DNA of 64,000 nt from a virus (Duplodnaviria; Caudoviricetes). A program made the position numbers and the translations under genes. The stretch covers positions 36,428 to 100,427 of the IMG/VR virus record IMGVR_UViG_3300021426_000077; one strand, given 5' to 3'. How positions within the stretch are numbered: the first letter of the stretch is position 1; each line of letters starts with the position of its first letter. The notes below the pieces were generated by a model, which saw only the letters and a list, made by a program, of their open reading frames with translations, ran no database searches and was not told where the DNA came from. Shown here piece by piece: positions 1 to 13,212 of the stretch.

Positions 1-1557
1 AGCATTATTAGAAAGACGAGTTTGTCTTTTAATATTTTTTAAAATAGTAGATTCAGTTAGTTGTGAAACTAAATTTATATTTTTATCATTTTCTTCTTGG
101 TCTGTTAAAAATATTTTATTACCATTATTATCTATTATACATCAATTATATATATATTCGGGAAATAAATCATACTGTTCATTAAATCCTTTTTCTATAA
201 AAGTGGAATCTCCTATATCTTTTATTTTTATAGATATAGTGGGTAGCCCAGCATCAAAAGAAAATTTAGTTCCTAAATCTGATTCTAATTTTAATAATGG
301 AGTGTTTAACTCATTATATATAGAAAATTCATATTCTAATATAATATCATTATATTGAGCTATGCATTTATAATTATTTTTATATGCTGTATTTTCTTCA
401 ATTGTAGTAGAAAAAATTTCGTTTGTATTAAAATTATTTAATTCTTCTCATCCTATTCCCGCAAGAGTATTACTATTATTTGAAAAAGATTCTTTAAATC
501 AATAAAATTTAGTATTAATATTTGAAGAAAGATCTTCATAAAATTTTCTTAAAAAAGTAGCTTTAAATTGAATAGGATCAGTAGAATTTTCTGTAATAAT
601 AGAATTTGAATTATTATAAGGCTCTATTTTTAAACTGTAATCATTTATTTCTTGTATCTTTTTTAAAGGATATAATTGAATATTTTTAACTAAAATATCC
701 GGACCATTCGGATTACTAGGAGGCCAAATTTGTTCACGATTATAATCTTGAACAAATCCTTCTTGAAAAAATACAATACTATCTAAATAACTCAATGTTT
801 TTGTATTTAATTGAATAATATTATATTGATTGGATCATTGATTAAATAGAAAAGCATTTCCTATCATTTTATCTGAAGTTAAAATAAATTGTTCATATTT
901 ATAACTATTTTCAGAAGTATTTAAATTATCAAAAGCAAAATTAAAAATTAAACCATATTTTGCATTAGATTGTTGTCTTTGTAATAAATCTAAATTAGTT
1001 TGAAATTCTGCTTGAATCATTAAAGCGATTGCTTCATTTTTATATATATCTAAAATATTTTTATTAAAATTAATATCGTTATTATCACTATCTTTTTGAT
1101 AAATATATTGATAATAATGCGCAGTATTTGTATCATTTGAATTATTATTATCATGTCATGAATGTAATCCATATACATTATCTTTAATTGAAGTTAATAA
1201 ATTATGACTTAATTTAGCATAAGAATTAGATTCTGAAATAACAATTTGTTTCTGCATTTCATTCTGAATAGTTTTTGTGGCTCCAATAATAATTTTTTCA
1301 TTTGAAAAATTACCTTGTGGAATTAATACATAGACAGAAGTATTAGGAAGATATACGTCATCTACGCTTTGACAAATTGCATCAAAGGTACCACCGCTAT
1401 AATATACTTGATATACAGGCTTTCCATTTTTTTGTCCAAGATTTTTCTTAACTATTGCTGTAATAGTTTTATCTAATTCTAATTCATTGATGCGCTGCGT
1501 GACAATAATATCGGCAGCTTTTAGTAATGATTCTTGCATTGCTTGCATATTTGCCAT
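1..1557 (-). CDS. tail protein (distal tail/baseplate region), TGA=Trp, truncated at window edge
   Basis: Track fragments 1156-1557, 835-1020 and 499-795 share one frame and are separated only by TGA; the frame stays open to position 1; lies directly downstream of the tape measure. Confidence 0.7.
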
Positions 1558-1687
1558 ACTGCGCTTCCTTTCTGTATAAAAAAAGAGGGAAGAGTTAAAG
1601 CAATATTAACTCTTCCCTTAATATTCGCCTTATATCTCATTCTTTAATAATTAAAAAACAAAATAAAGACTTTACTGTTTTCTACCC

Positions 1688-4600
1688 TTAAATCTTTCTG
1701 TGGGCATATTGATAAGCTGTGTCAGCTAAATTAGTTAAAGCAGTTTCAATCTCGAAAGAATCTTTGACATTCGGGAATTCAGCTTTAATTTCTACTCTTT
1801 GATCAACAGTACCTCCAAAAGCAGAACTCATAAAGTTAGCTTTCATACCACTGGAAGAATAATTTGTTAAAGCACTACCAAGAGTAGAAGTCATTTGTCT
1901 AACAATATCAACCGCGGAAAGGATATTGCGTGTATCCTGAGCATTGAGAACAAGTTCTTTCTGATGAAGAACTGCAAGGCGTCCGTCCTTACCTCATTCA
2001 CCAGTGTATCCGCCAGTGTCAAATAGTTGATCTTCTTTAATTCATCCTAAATCGCCGCCATCTAGAGTTTCTATATGGATATTATATGAGCCATATCCAG
2101 AACCTCTTGAAAAACTTGAAATCCTAATTTTATTTGCTTGTCCAGATAAACTGTTACCGAATCCGCCACCGCCTCAAGAATTTCCATAATATGAACCTTT
2201 ATATCCAGCAATTGAGCCATTTGGGAAAGTTTTTTTCGTAGTTGCAGATTCCATCGTAGACGTTGAAGTAGAAGTCGGTTTTTCTTCTGCAGGTTTAGCA
2301 TCTTCAGGTAATGGAGCCTTTGTTTCATATACTAAATTATCTGTATTAATTTTTTGTAAATCGTTAATAGCTTCTTGAGCTTTACTTAATCAATCAACAG
2401 CTGCGGCTAATTCTTCAGTATATTTTTTAATATTATTCATGCCTTCAGTTAATTTTTCATTTTGATTTTTAAAACTGTCTGTTAAAGAATCCATCGCATT
2501 GTTTAATCCATTTTCGCCAGTAATAGCATTGGCAGCATCTTCTAATGCAGGCCTTAAACCAGTTTCTTCATCAATTAAAGCTTTCTTAACATCTGTAATA
2601 ACACCATCTGGACCAGTTAATTTATTACGAAGTTCTTCTGCTTCCGTTTTTAAAGTATCATTCATAGTAGAAGTTGCATCTTGTATATATGGGAATAATT
2701 TCTTTGCTAAATTATTTCCAAAATCCCATCATGCAATATCTGTATTTTCTATTAAGTTGCCTTGATCATCAAATAATTGTCCAAGCATTTCTTGAGCAGC
2801 TGCTGCAATATCTGCGGTACCATTTTCTACCATGAAGTTTAATACATCTGACATACCTAATTGACTATCTGCTAAATCTTCATTAAGATGCTTCATATAA
2901 TTTAAGAATTTTTCTGTTAATTCTCGACTTTGTTTTATGCGTTCTTCTTCAGTTAGATTCATATTTTTATTTAAATCTGCCCATTGACTAGCATAATCTT
3001 TTAAAGTATTTCCTAATTCTTCTGCTGTTTTTTGCCTTTGTTCTTTTGTAAGTTCATAAGCATCTTGTACTGCTTGCATATACTCTTGACGAGCTTTTGC
3101 AATATCATTTTGATTTGCACGATATACATAACGATAATTACCTTGACTATCTCGACGTAACTGCATTTGGTTTTTATTTTGTTGAGCATCCTCAAGGGCA
3201 ATCTGTTTTTGAAGAATTAGAAGTTTAGAATTAGCTAATTCAACATCATATTCAGACATAGATTCTTGATTCTTTAATAAATCTAATTGTTCTTGCATTT
3301 GTTTGCGGATTTTGTTTTGAGTAGCTAAAGATGAACCTTGAGCATCATTAAGTAAATCATTATATTTGCTACGAAGCTGTTCAATTTCAAATGTCTTTTC
3401 AACTTCATCTCGGTAATTATCAACTATCTTCTTATTTCATTCTCAATTTTGATTAATATGATCTAGATTATCTTCACGGATAGTCGCATTGTACATTTGC
3501 TGAACTGCCGCATCAATAGCATTCTCATAAGCTTCAACGAAAGTCTCCGCAGACTCTTGAGCTATATCGCGCATTTCATCTTGAACATCATTCATACGAT
3601 CTTCAATAGAATTTGCTAATTCTTCGTTTCCAGTATCTAAAGCTTCTTGATATTTTTTTTGTCAATACTTATAAATATTAACATATTGACCTAATTGAGC
3701 TTTTAATGTTTCAGCTTGACGTTTATTAATGTCGCTTAAAGCTTTATAACTTTCGTCTCCATATGATAAAGCATATATATCAGCTAGATTTTCGAGCTCT
3801 TCTGCAAGACGTTCATATTTTTCAAGTTGACGATCTTGCTTATCAGCTATTTCATCAAAACCATCAATAACAGTATCAACAATATCTTCTTGTAAATCCT
3901 GTCAATCTTGACTTAATTCAAGAACTCTTTCATATCCTTCTTGATATGCTTCTGCTAAAGCTTTTTGATTATCTCCAAATGGATTTTCACCAGCTGTTGG
4001 ATCATTTCTATATCATTTTTCAAGTTGCTCTAAATCAGTTGTTGCAAGGCCAAGAAGACCATTCTTTAACCTATCATCTGTTAAGCCTTCTTTTAATCCG
4101 GTAAAATAATTAATTGAAGCTTGAATTGCTTCTTTTTCTGCTATATCATCTGTAGCATCTTGAGCTGCAAGTTTACCATTAATAATTTCTTGATAATATT
4201 TCTCTGCATCTTCTCGTCCAATTTCAAAACTAGTATTTAATTTAAGAAGATCAACAGTTAATTCTCTAAATGGAGAATCACTAGGCATACCAGTTAAGAA
4301 ACCTTGAAATTCTGCTCATTTTTCATTTAAATCTTTAAGATTATCAATAGCTTCCATAGAAGTTTTATAAAGTTCAATATTAATATCTGTAATAGAATCT
4401 TTAAGCTCTTGAATTTTATTCTTAGTAGATTCAATTTCTTTTTGAATATCATTTTGTCTTTGAGCATTCTCAAGGATTGCTGCAGAATAATCATCATATT
4501 TCTTAATAGCTTCATCAATAGTTTTTGTTAGATCTTCATTACCCGCAGCTGCCGCAGCATTATATTGGTCAATTAATTTATTATGTGCTTCATCAATTTT

Positions 4601-7600
4601 TGCAGATATAGTTTCATAATTAGTAATGATACCATTTTCATCATATTCTGGAGCAGGAATATTAAAGTTAATACCACGACCTTTAAGAATATCTTCAGCA
4701 AGTTTGTCCTTAGCTTCCATCGCGGCTTTTACATCTTTTAGCTCGCTATCGGCCGTATCTTGAAGAATTTTTAAACGTTCTTCTTCAAGTTTAATTTCTT
4801 GCTGAATTAAATTAATTTGCTTTTGCTGATTTGCTCGAGCTTTATCACCAATTAATTTATCTTCTTGCTTTTCAATTCCAGAAAGTTGTTCCTTAAGTTT
4901 ATCTAATTGAGAATCAACTTTCTCATAATAGTTCTTTTTATGTTCTTTCTTTTCTTTTGGCTGAATGGTTTTAGCTTTGCCACCGCCACCGCCACCACCT
5001 TTGTTGTGGGCAAGAATTTGATTATGACCAACATAGTAATTGTGGTTATCAGAAACTTCAAAGTTATATACTGTAGTAGTTTGAATCTTAACATTAATAT
5101 TAGAAATTACATGTCAATTTCCATCGGCAAACAATACATAATCTCCAATATTAAGTTCAGAAGCCATGATTCATTCGATATCATGCTTACGTCTAATATA
5201 GAATCTGTGGATACCTGTTACGCTAAGAGTTTCATCTTCAATATATAAATCATAAATTTCTTCTGTAGTATTATGAATCATTGTTTGAAGAACTCTGCTG
5301 TATTCATTCTGATGATTTTCTTCATTATATGAAAGAACAATATCACCAACTTGAATTTTTTCAATTTCTTTAAATGAATTTTGGAGAGAGACTAGAGTGC
5401 CTGCAATAAAACAGCTACCGCCACCTCCGCTAGAACGAGGTGCAGCACTACCAGAGCGTTTTTGACTTCCACTGCCACCGGTTTTACGAGCAGTAGAACG
5501 ATTAATATGAAGATTACCTCCAGAACTGTAACCTCCTGAAGTAGTTTTCATTGAAAGTGCTGTTGTAGTTGAAGTCGCAGTATCTGTCATTGGCACTGGC
5601 TCCATACGAAATCCACCTATATGAAAAGATCCTGTAACAGTATCTAATCCAGTTCCAGCTTCATTTAATTTTACCGGAGCACTAACAGGAACATTTATAC
5701 CACCAGTTTCAACTGGTCTCCAGCCATAAGCTTCTTTTTCATCTTCAGTAATTTCACTTTCTTCTTTAACCTCTGCATCTACACCCATTGAAGATAAATA
5801 TTGTTGAGCTTGATCAGCTGTCATTCCAGCTGCATTAATAATATCTTCAAAAGCAGCTAATAATTCTTCTTCTCCACTTAAAGAAGCGCCTATTTCAATA
5901 TCATCTCAACCATTATCATAAAGGATTGATCGAAGATTTGCTGCAGCTTCATAGGCTTGAGTATCATCCATTCCAGCTTGAATTAAAATATCGGTTTGAG
6001 CTGCTTCTCATAAATCTCAATAAGCATCAATATCGCCATTTATCGCAGCTTCTAATGATTCAAGATTATCAGGATCAACAATAAAAGCATCAGACAAACT
6101 ATCCGTATCTAAATCTAACAAATCTTCATAAGTATTTCTTAATTCTTTAGTTGTTTTAGCTAAATCTTCTGGATTAGCATTTTCAAGATCCTCTAAAACT
6201 TCTTTTCAATCATCTATATTATCAACAGTCCGTTCAACAGCTTTATTATATCTTACTTGAGCCTCTGCTGCTTCTTTAATAATACTAGGAAAGTCCTCTA
6301 TATCATCTGCATATTCTGCTAATTGATCATTATATTCATAAATTGCTTTTGCTGTATCTTGTAATGTTTCATTATCCACATCACTATCTGAAGAAGTAAT
6401 TGTTGAAAGATATTCTTTTGGATCAGTATTTAATCCATTTCCTGTACCTGCTAAAATATCGTCAATAGAAATACCATTTTCTAAGCCTTCTCGAATTTGG
6501 CGCAATAATTCAGCAACTTTAGTATCAACTTCCGGATCAGATCAATCAATTAAACTGACAACAGAAGCTTTTTGTTCTGCAGTTAAGTCATATTGATCAC
6601 TTAAAGTATCAATCATCGCTAAACCACGATCACCTTTTTGAGCTCCTCAACTATTTGTGCCATTTTGAGAAACTTGATATTCTGCCAATGCCATTTGTGC
6701 TTCTGCTGCAGCGTTTAAATTATCTGTCCATTCTGCAGCTTGTTGAGCTAAAGCTATTTGATCTTCTAAGACCAATCCAGAAAAACCATCTATAATTTGT
6801 AAATCAGCGATAATTTCTTCATAAGACTGAGCTTCTCTTAATGCACTATCTTTAGACAAAGCATTCGCTTGTACTGCAGTTTCTACTGTTTGTTTATTAT
6901 AATCATAACTATCTTGATTTTGCTGGATGATTGTATCATAAAGACCAATTCTTCTCTCAAGCTCTGTGTTATTATCTAAAAGATTTTGATAATCTTCTGT
7001 AGATAATGTATTTGCTTCACGCATAAGACGATTTTGATTTTCTAATAATTGATTAGCAGTTTCTTCTCTCATTTCTTTAGCAGTTTGAAGCATTTCTGCT
7101 GGATTATTAGAAGTATATTCTGTATCTCTTTGACTTTGAGCGCCTCTTCCACCACCTCTATGCGTTGTGGTTGTGGTTTCGATGCCTAATCTTTCTCTAT
7201 CTTCTGCACTTAATCTATAAGCATTAGAAAAATCATATTCAGTAGCTTCTGTATTTTGTCCTCGTAAAACTGCATTATAATTTAATTGAGCCGCAGTAGC
7301 TTCTTCAATTTTTTGTCTTAAAGTTTCATAATCATCAGCTGCGGTTACTACAACTTCAAGAGCTTCAGCTTGTTCTTCTAGTGCCTGACGTAACTCATCT
7401 GCGCCTTCTCCAGTTTGCTTTCATGATTCATATAATTTATCAATATTTTTTAACCCATCTTTTAAACTGGCAGTATATTCATCTGAAGCACTTATTTGTT
7501 CTTCTAATAATCTTTGTTGTTCTTGGCTTCATTTTTGATAAGCAAAACTCATAGCTACTATTGCGGCTAACCCAGCTAATGCTGCAAAAGTAGCTAATTG

Positions 7601-10498
7601 TATGGCTGTTGCTTTAGCTGTTTCTGCGGCAGTAACTGCTTTAGCAGCTGCTTCATGCTCTATTTCTGCATCTTTTAACGCTTTTTCAGCCATTTGACTT
7701 TTTTCTAAAGCTTGTGTAACTCCAATCTGCTTTTTTTCTAAAAAGAAAGCAGAAGCACCACTACTTTTTTGAGCATCTGCTAATGCTGCTTGAGCTTTTG
7801 TAAGATTCTCAGAAGCATTCTTTACCCTTTCTTGTGCTTCTTTATATTTCTCCATAGCTTGACTTGCTTTATCTTGTAATTCACCAATTTTTGATATAGA
7901 TGAAAAATCAATACCTTTTAAATTTTGAAAAACAGAAGATAAATTTAAACCAGTTATTCTTTTAAAAGATTCATATAAAGTAGGAAGCGAAAAACTCAAA
8001 TTTGTAACTATCTGAAGTAATTTTTCACCCGTTGTTAAATCTGCATTATTTCAAATAGAAGGTAAATTACTTAAAGATTGCATTGCAAAACTTAACTGAC
8101 CAAGTGCTCCAACAATATTAATAATTTGTTGAACACCATCTTGAGAACTCATTCCCTGTTTAAAAGATTCAGCCAATTTACTTGAATCTATTGCTGCTGT
8201 ATCCGTATTTAATTGATTAAGATTAGCTTGATCTAATTTTTTAAGATCTATTTGACTTAAACGTTCTAACTCTTCTATTAACCTTGCAGTTTTTCCTGTA
8301 AGTGCAGCTGTTTGAGTCCCAGCTTCTTTTTGATTTTTTCCAATCTGTTTTATTGCTGCATTATATTCAGTATATTGCTCTCCACTTAAATATGGTTTTA
8401 ATTTTTCTAATGATTGTTCTAATTGTTGAGTAGACCCAGAAAATATTTGGCCACTTTTTTCAGCATTTCTTAATTGATTTTGATATTCTTGCAAAGCTTT
8501 ATTAAATTCAAGTAAGCCTTCTTTTGCAGGCTCTAATTTAGATTTTAAATTAGCAAAAAGATCTTTCTTTTCTTCTTCAGAAAGTTCTTTTAATTTTTCC
8601 ATTAATTGTGAAACATTTACAATACCTTCAGAAAGAAAAGGCGTAAAATCTTTATCTAATAAACTAGCAATTCCAACACCAGTTGCAGACAAAGCTTGAT
8701 CTAATTTTTCCGCTGCAATTGTAGCAGCATTTCCATTCTGAATTAATTCTTGAAGAATAGTATTTGCTTGATTTAATTGATCTGGACTAAAATTTTGAGC
8801 ATTAACTTGCATATATTTAGCAAAATCTAAAGCATTCTGACTGTATTGATTATCTGGATTAGGATTAACCATTCCTAAATTTGTTAAAGCAGCTTCTGAA
8901 TGTTCTAAATTAGCTATTTTTTGCTGTTGAACTTTTTGATTTAAATTAAAATCATTAATACTTTGAGCAAGATGTTTACTAAATAATTGAGTAAAAGCCG
9001 AAGCTAAGCCAAGAATAACAGTTGATCCTCCACCCACAGATTTAAATAATGTATCAAAAACTTCTGCTAATTTGGTTAAAGTATCAATTAATGGATAAAC
9101 CATATCAGTTGTAAATACATCATTAAATAAACCTTCTAAAGTAGCTTGTAATTTAGCTGTTCTACCTTCTAAAGAATCTAAATATTCTTGATTCATTTGT
9201 TCAAGAGTACCAGAAGCATTTATACCAGTAGCTCCAAGATATTCTTGATACATATCAGAATTATCCATTAAAGCAGTAAAACGATTAACTTGATGTTTAC
9301 CTGCCAGTGTCTGTGCGACAGCTTCTTGAGTGGTATCGTCTAAATCTTGTCAAATTACCATTAAATCTTCCATGATATCGTCCATATTACGGACGTTACC
9401 AAGAGAATCTAATACTTGAACTCCAATATTTTGAAGTGTCGAAGTAACTTTGCCAAGACCAATACCATCTTCATCTTCTTTACCTAATTGCAAATCAGAA
9501 AAACGAGCATATAATGTTTTAAGACCATTACCAATTTGTTCTGGCGCTTCTCGTGTTACAGACTCAATTGTAGCAATTTGCGCAGCAAGTGCTTCGCCAC
9601 TAACACCAACTGCATTGGCCATCGAAGCAGCTCTCTGAGATGCCAACGCAATTTCTTCAACATCAGCCGCGGAAATATTAGCAATTAACGCTCAATTATC
9701 CATTGCTTGACTGAGCGCTTCCATGTCATCTTGTAATCCATATGCATTCATATATGCGGTAATTTGATCAGAAGTCGCCGCAGTATCTTGTTGAGAAGCA
9801 TTTGCAAGTTTAGCAGATAAAGTGGCTAATTGCTGAGACTGATTTAAATCATAGCCTTGCTGAGCAAAAATTAACGAAGCATTAGTCATACCCACGGTAG
9901 TTTGACCTACAGCTTTTGCTGCTTCATTAGCTGCTTTAGCATATTCATTCATGCTATCACGGCTATAATCGGTAACAAGCATGATTTGAGTTAGTGAATC
10001 ATCTAATTCTTTAGCATATTCTACTGAACTATGAATTGCATTCATAAATTGACTAAAGAAACTTGAAATTAACCCTCAACGAAATGTATTTTGAAAAGTA
10101 ACAAACATTTTATCTAATTGAGAACTAGTACGAATAATACCAGTATCTAATTTTCCAAGCTGCCCTATTAAATTATTAAATGCAACTTGTCCTTCTGCTC
10201 CCATTTGACCAAAAGCTGTTTTTAATCCTTGGGCTGTAACACCATTATTTTTAAGTTCTTGATTAAATTTAGCTAAATTTAACATTCCAAGAGAAGGATT
10301 AAAAGCTTCTGTTAAAGCATCTCCTAAACCATGAATTTGATCTCGAGCATCAGAAAAGGTTTTTTCTTCTAATAAACCTTTATTACCCATATTCTGCAAT
10401 TTTAATTCTAAATTTTGTAATTCAGTTTTTAATTGAGTTATACCTTTAGAATCTAATTTAGTAGAAATATTATATTCAATACTATTAGAATATTTCAT
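1688..10498 (-). CDS. tape measure protein (~2,936 aa, TGA=Trp) with internal Hint domain
   Basis: 13 track fragments fall in one frame (8811 nt); TP901-like core (AKELDDSLTQIMLVTD, TREAPEQIGNGLKTLYARF); coiled-coil body; C-terminal FDTGGYTGEW...AVLHQKELVLN motif. Confidence 0.93.
5003..5413 (-). other. Hint (intein-like, BIL-type) domain, 137 aa, inside tape measure
   Basis: CFIAGT...IEKIQVGDIVLS...TGIHRFY...W(TGA)IMASELNIGD...VYNFEVSDNHNYYV...ILAHN then Lys; flanked by Gly-rich linkers. Confidence 0.9.
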
Positions 10499-10639
10499 TA
10501 ATTATTTCACCTTCCTCTCGGAAATGTAATCCTTATATCTCCTTTAGAGATAACAATATCTATTATTAAGTAAAAAACATTGTATAAAGATAATAAAAAA
10601 AGACCCTACAGCACATCGCTATAGGGTCTTTCTTATTAA

Positions 10640-11182
10640 TTATTTTACAAATAAACTATCTAATACTTCTGTAGAATCGACAGGGTTTTCTGCTTTTGGA
10701 GGAACTCTATTCATTCCCCACTCATCTGCGATTCTAAGTGCTTCTTTAATATCTTGATTAGTTGTTAAATTTTGTACTTGTCCTGCCATATTTTGAAGAA
10801 CTTCTGAACTGAAAATTTCAGCCTTATTAAGCACCCCTCCAATAGAAAGAAGATACTTTTCATACGCTTCAAAATACTGTGCGGCAACCTGTCCTACGTA
10901 CTCGACAGTATCTTTGTGATTGGCAATTAATTCATCAATCTGTCCTTGCTTGAGGAACTGATCAAACGCGGTGAGTGGATTTTCCGCAACACGAGATCCC
11001 GCGAGGTCATCTAAATCCTCAACTAAATTAAGAATTTCGTGACAAACTAATGCACGTTCAAATACAAACTGATTAAGAAATCCATTATCCTCCGCGGCTT
11101 CAATACATGAATTAATCATATCGTACATTTCTTGGGAAGTTAAAGGACAATTTTTGACTTGTTCTAAGTTAATCATAATCAA
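10640..11182 (-). CDS. hypothetical protein upstream of tape measure
   Basis: Intact ORF with RBS and an upstream sigma70-like promoter near 11213-11242. Confidence 0.7.
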   Translation of the reverse strand: MIMINLEQVKNCPLTSQEMYDMINSCIEAAEDNGFLNQFVFERALVCHEILNLVEDLDDLAGSRVAENPLTAFDQFLKQGQIDELIANHKDTVEYVGQVAAQYFEAYEKYLLSIGGVLNKAEIFSSEVLQNMAGQVQNLTTNQDIKEALRIADEWGMNRVPPKAENPVDSTEVLDSLFVK

Positions 11183-11246
11183 CTCCTTTTGTCTCTTATA
11201 TATTTACTATTTAAGTATAGCATATTTTTCAATTTTTGTCAAGATT

Positions 11247-12854
11247 TTATCCAGATATATATTGAGATAAATTAGCTAAAGAAATGCTTATAGCAACTTT
11301 AGTATTATAAAATTCATTCATTACTGCTAATTTAGTTTTTTTAGATCTTTCTTCAGCAGCTTCTCTTGGAGTTTTAAAATTATCTGATATGTCAACATAA
11401 GATTGCGCATTAATTAACTGTAAATAATCTCTATCTAATCCATGTCCAGAAATGGTTGCATGTGCTGCTACTCTTTTACTTGTAACAACTTCTAACATAC
11501 TTGATAAAACTTGCTGTATAGTAAAAATTCGACCATTTAAGCTCATATAAAAAGCTTGATCATTAGCTCCATCAAATCCCGCCAATGCAGCTAAAGTTGC
11601 TCTGTAAGGAATAGTTTCTTTAAAAGCATTTCATGATCCATACAATAAATCACTTTCTCCAAATGCTGGTAATGTAGCTCCCATATTAATTAAAGTAATT
11701 AATTCACTAGGAGTTAAGTTAGCTTCTCGTGTTAATAATGTTAATAAAGGAGTATTGTCTTGAATGTGAATATTTATCAAATGACCTTCATTATTGAAAG
11801 AAATTTGTTCATAATCTTTTATTGTTATACCTACAATACCCTCTATTGAACTATCGGAAGAACGAATTTGAATATCAGAGACATTTGTTTTATTATTTTT
11901 AACATTGTATATACTTCCAGCTTCTCTTTTATCTAATTTTAATTCATCCATTCTATATTTTTTTAATTCTTCATATCATTCTCCGAATTCACCATCTTTT
12001 GAAAATCTTCTTTCAATATCTATGCCAACGCCAGACGTTTGACTACCAGATAAAGTAGCATTCTGTAAATTTACATGTAAAGAATTTTCTAAAGCAGAAA
12101 AAAAATCTGATTCTCCTTTAACATAAGCTTTTAATATAGCTCATTCAGTAAGCATATCTTTTATATCGCCCATTCAGTCATTAATTTTATCTCCTATGCT
12201 ATTTCAAAAATTCTCATTGTCTTTAACAAAATCAGAATCTAAAAGTCCTCTTAACATATATAGACGTAGTAAACTTTGATTAATACCTTCTTTAGATTCT
12301 GTTCCTAATGGATACCAAAAAATTTTTCCTTTATATGTAGAGCTCATAATTGATTCATAAATACGTTCTTCTTCGGTTTTTCCTCACGATTTTTTTACTC
12401 CAGTAGTATTTCTAGCAATAAATTGATATTTAATCGCTTTATAATAAGCATCTCTTATTGTAGGATTATATTTATCAAATGTATTTAAAACTTCATCAAT
12501 TTTTTCTTTGACCTCTTGAGCATTTTGTCCCATAGATTTTATTTCTGGTACTAATTTCGCTATTGCTTCTCTTGCTCCTGGAAAAGCCATATCAATAGGA
12601 GAAGAATCTAATACAGATGCATTTAACTTTTTTATTAATTCTTCACTATGAAGAATATCGTGTAAATTTTGCATATCTTCGCCTGAAATTTCACTAAAAC
12701 GCATTTCTTGCCTTTTTGTTTGTTGTTTTATGGCATTTTTTAATATATCTGTTTTTGTTTCTGCTATTAATTTTACAAAATTATCTCCTCTTTGTTTAAG
12801 AAAATCTTTTTGTCTAAGAAAAATATAATCATTTACAGCTGTCAAAATTTTCAC
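11247..12854 (-). CDS. hypothetical tail-module protein (TGA=Trp)
   Basis: Three track fragments in one frame joined through TGA codons. Confidence 0.7.
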
Positions 12855-12872
12855 CCCTTAAAATCTCTAATA

Positions 12873-12905
12873 AAAAAGAGGGGCACCCGCAAGGGTACCC
12901 CTCAT
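12873..12905 (-). terminator. rho-independent terminator after the tail-tube frameshift extension
   Basis: GAGGGGTACCC-TTGC-GGGTGCCCCTC followed by a T run on the - strand. Confidence 0.75.
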
Positions 12906-12927
12906 TATGGAGACTATAAGGGTCTCC

Positions 12928-13212
12928 TTACTCTTTAGTTATCTCAGAAGAGTCGTCTTCACTAGGAAGATTTACTGGATCAGTAATCGAGTTATCAAAA
13001 AGAGATATATCTTCAACAACTTCTGGCTCTTTAACAGACGGTTCTACTTCTTCGGTAGATTCTATATTATTTTCAGTAGTCTCTTTATTTAAAGACTCTG
13101 TATTATCAGAAGTGTCTGTATTTTCATCTTCTGGATCATCGGCTACTGAGGTTTCTTCTAAGGTGCCCGCACTAACCTCAGGTTTTAAATTTAATTTAGT
13201 GGGGCTATTTAA
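12928..13212 (-). CDS. predicted -1 frameshift extension of tail tube protein (94 aa, acidic)
   Basis: Start-less open -1 frame begins at the A AAC CCT TAA end of the tail tube gene and ends just before the terminator. Confidence 0.6.
   Translation of the reverse strand, partial: LNSPTKLNLKPEVSAGTLEETSVADDPEDENTDTSDNTESLNKETTENNIESTEEVEPSVKEPEVVEDISLFDNSITDPVNLPSEDDSSEITKE

Noticed and set aside
5003-5413. Canonical splicing intein
   Set aside because: +1 residue is Lys and there is no endonuclease domain; BIL-type cleavage is more likely
1688-10498. Tape measure and other structural genes as pseudogenes or a decayed prophage
   Set aside because: Fragments stay in one frame and the breaks I checked are all TGA, often at Trp positions; no frameshifts
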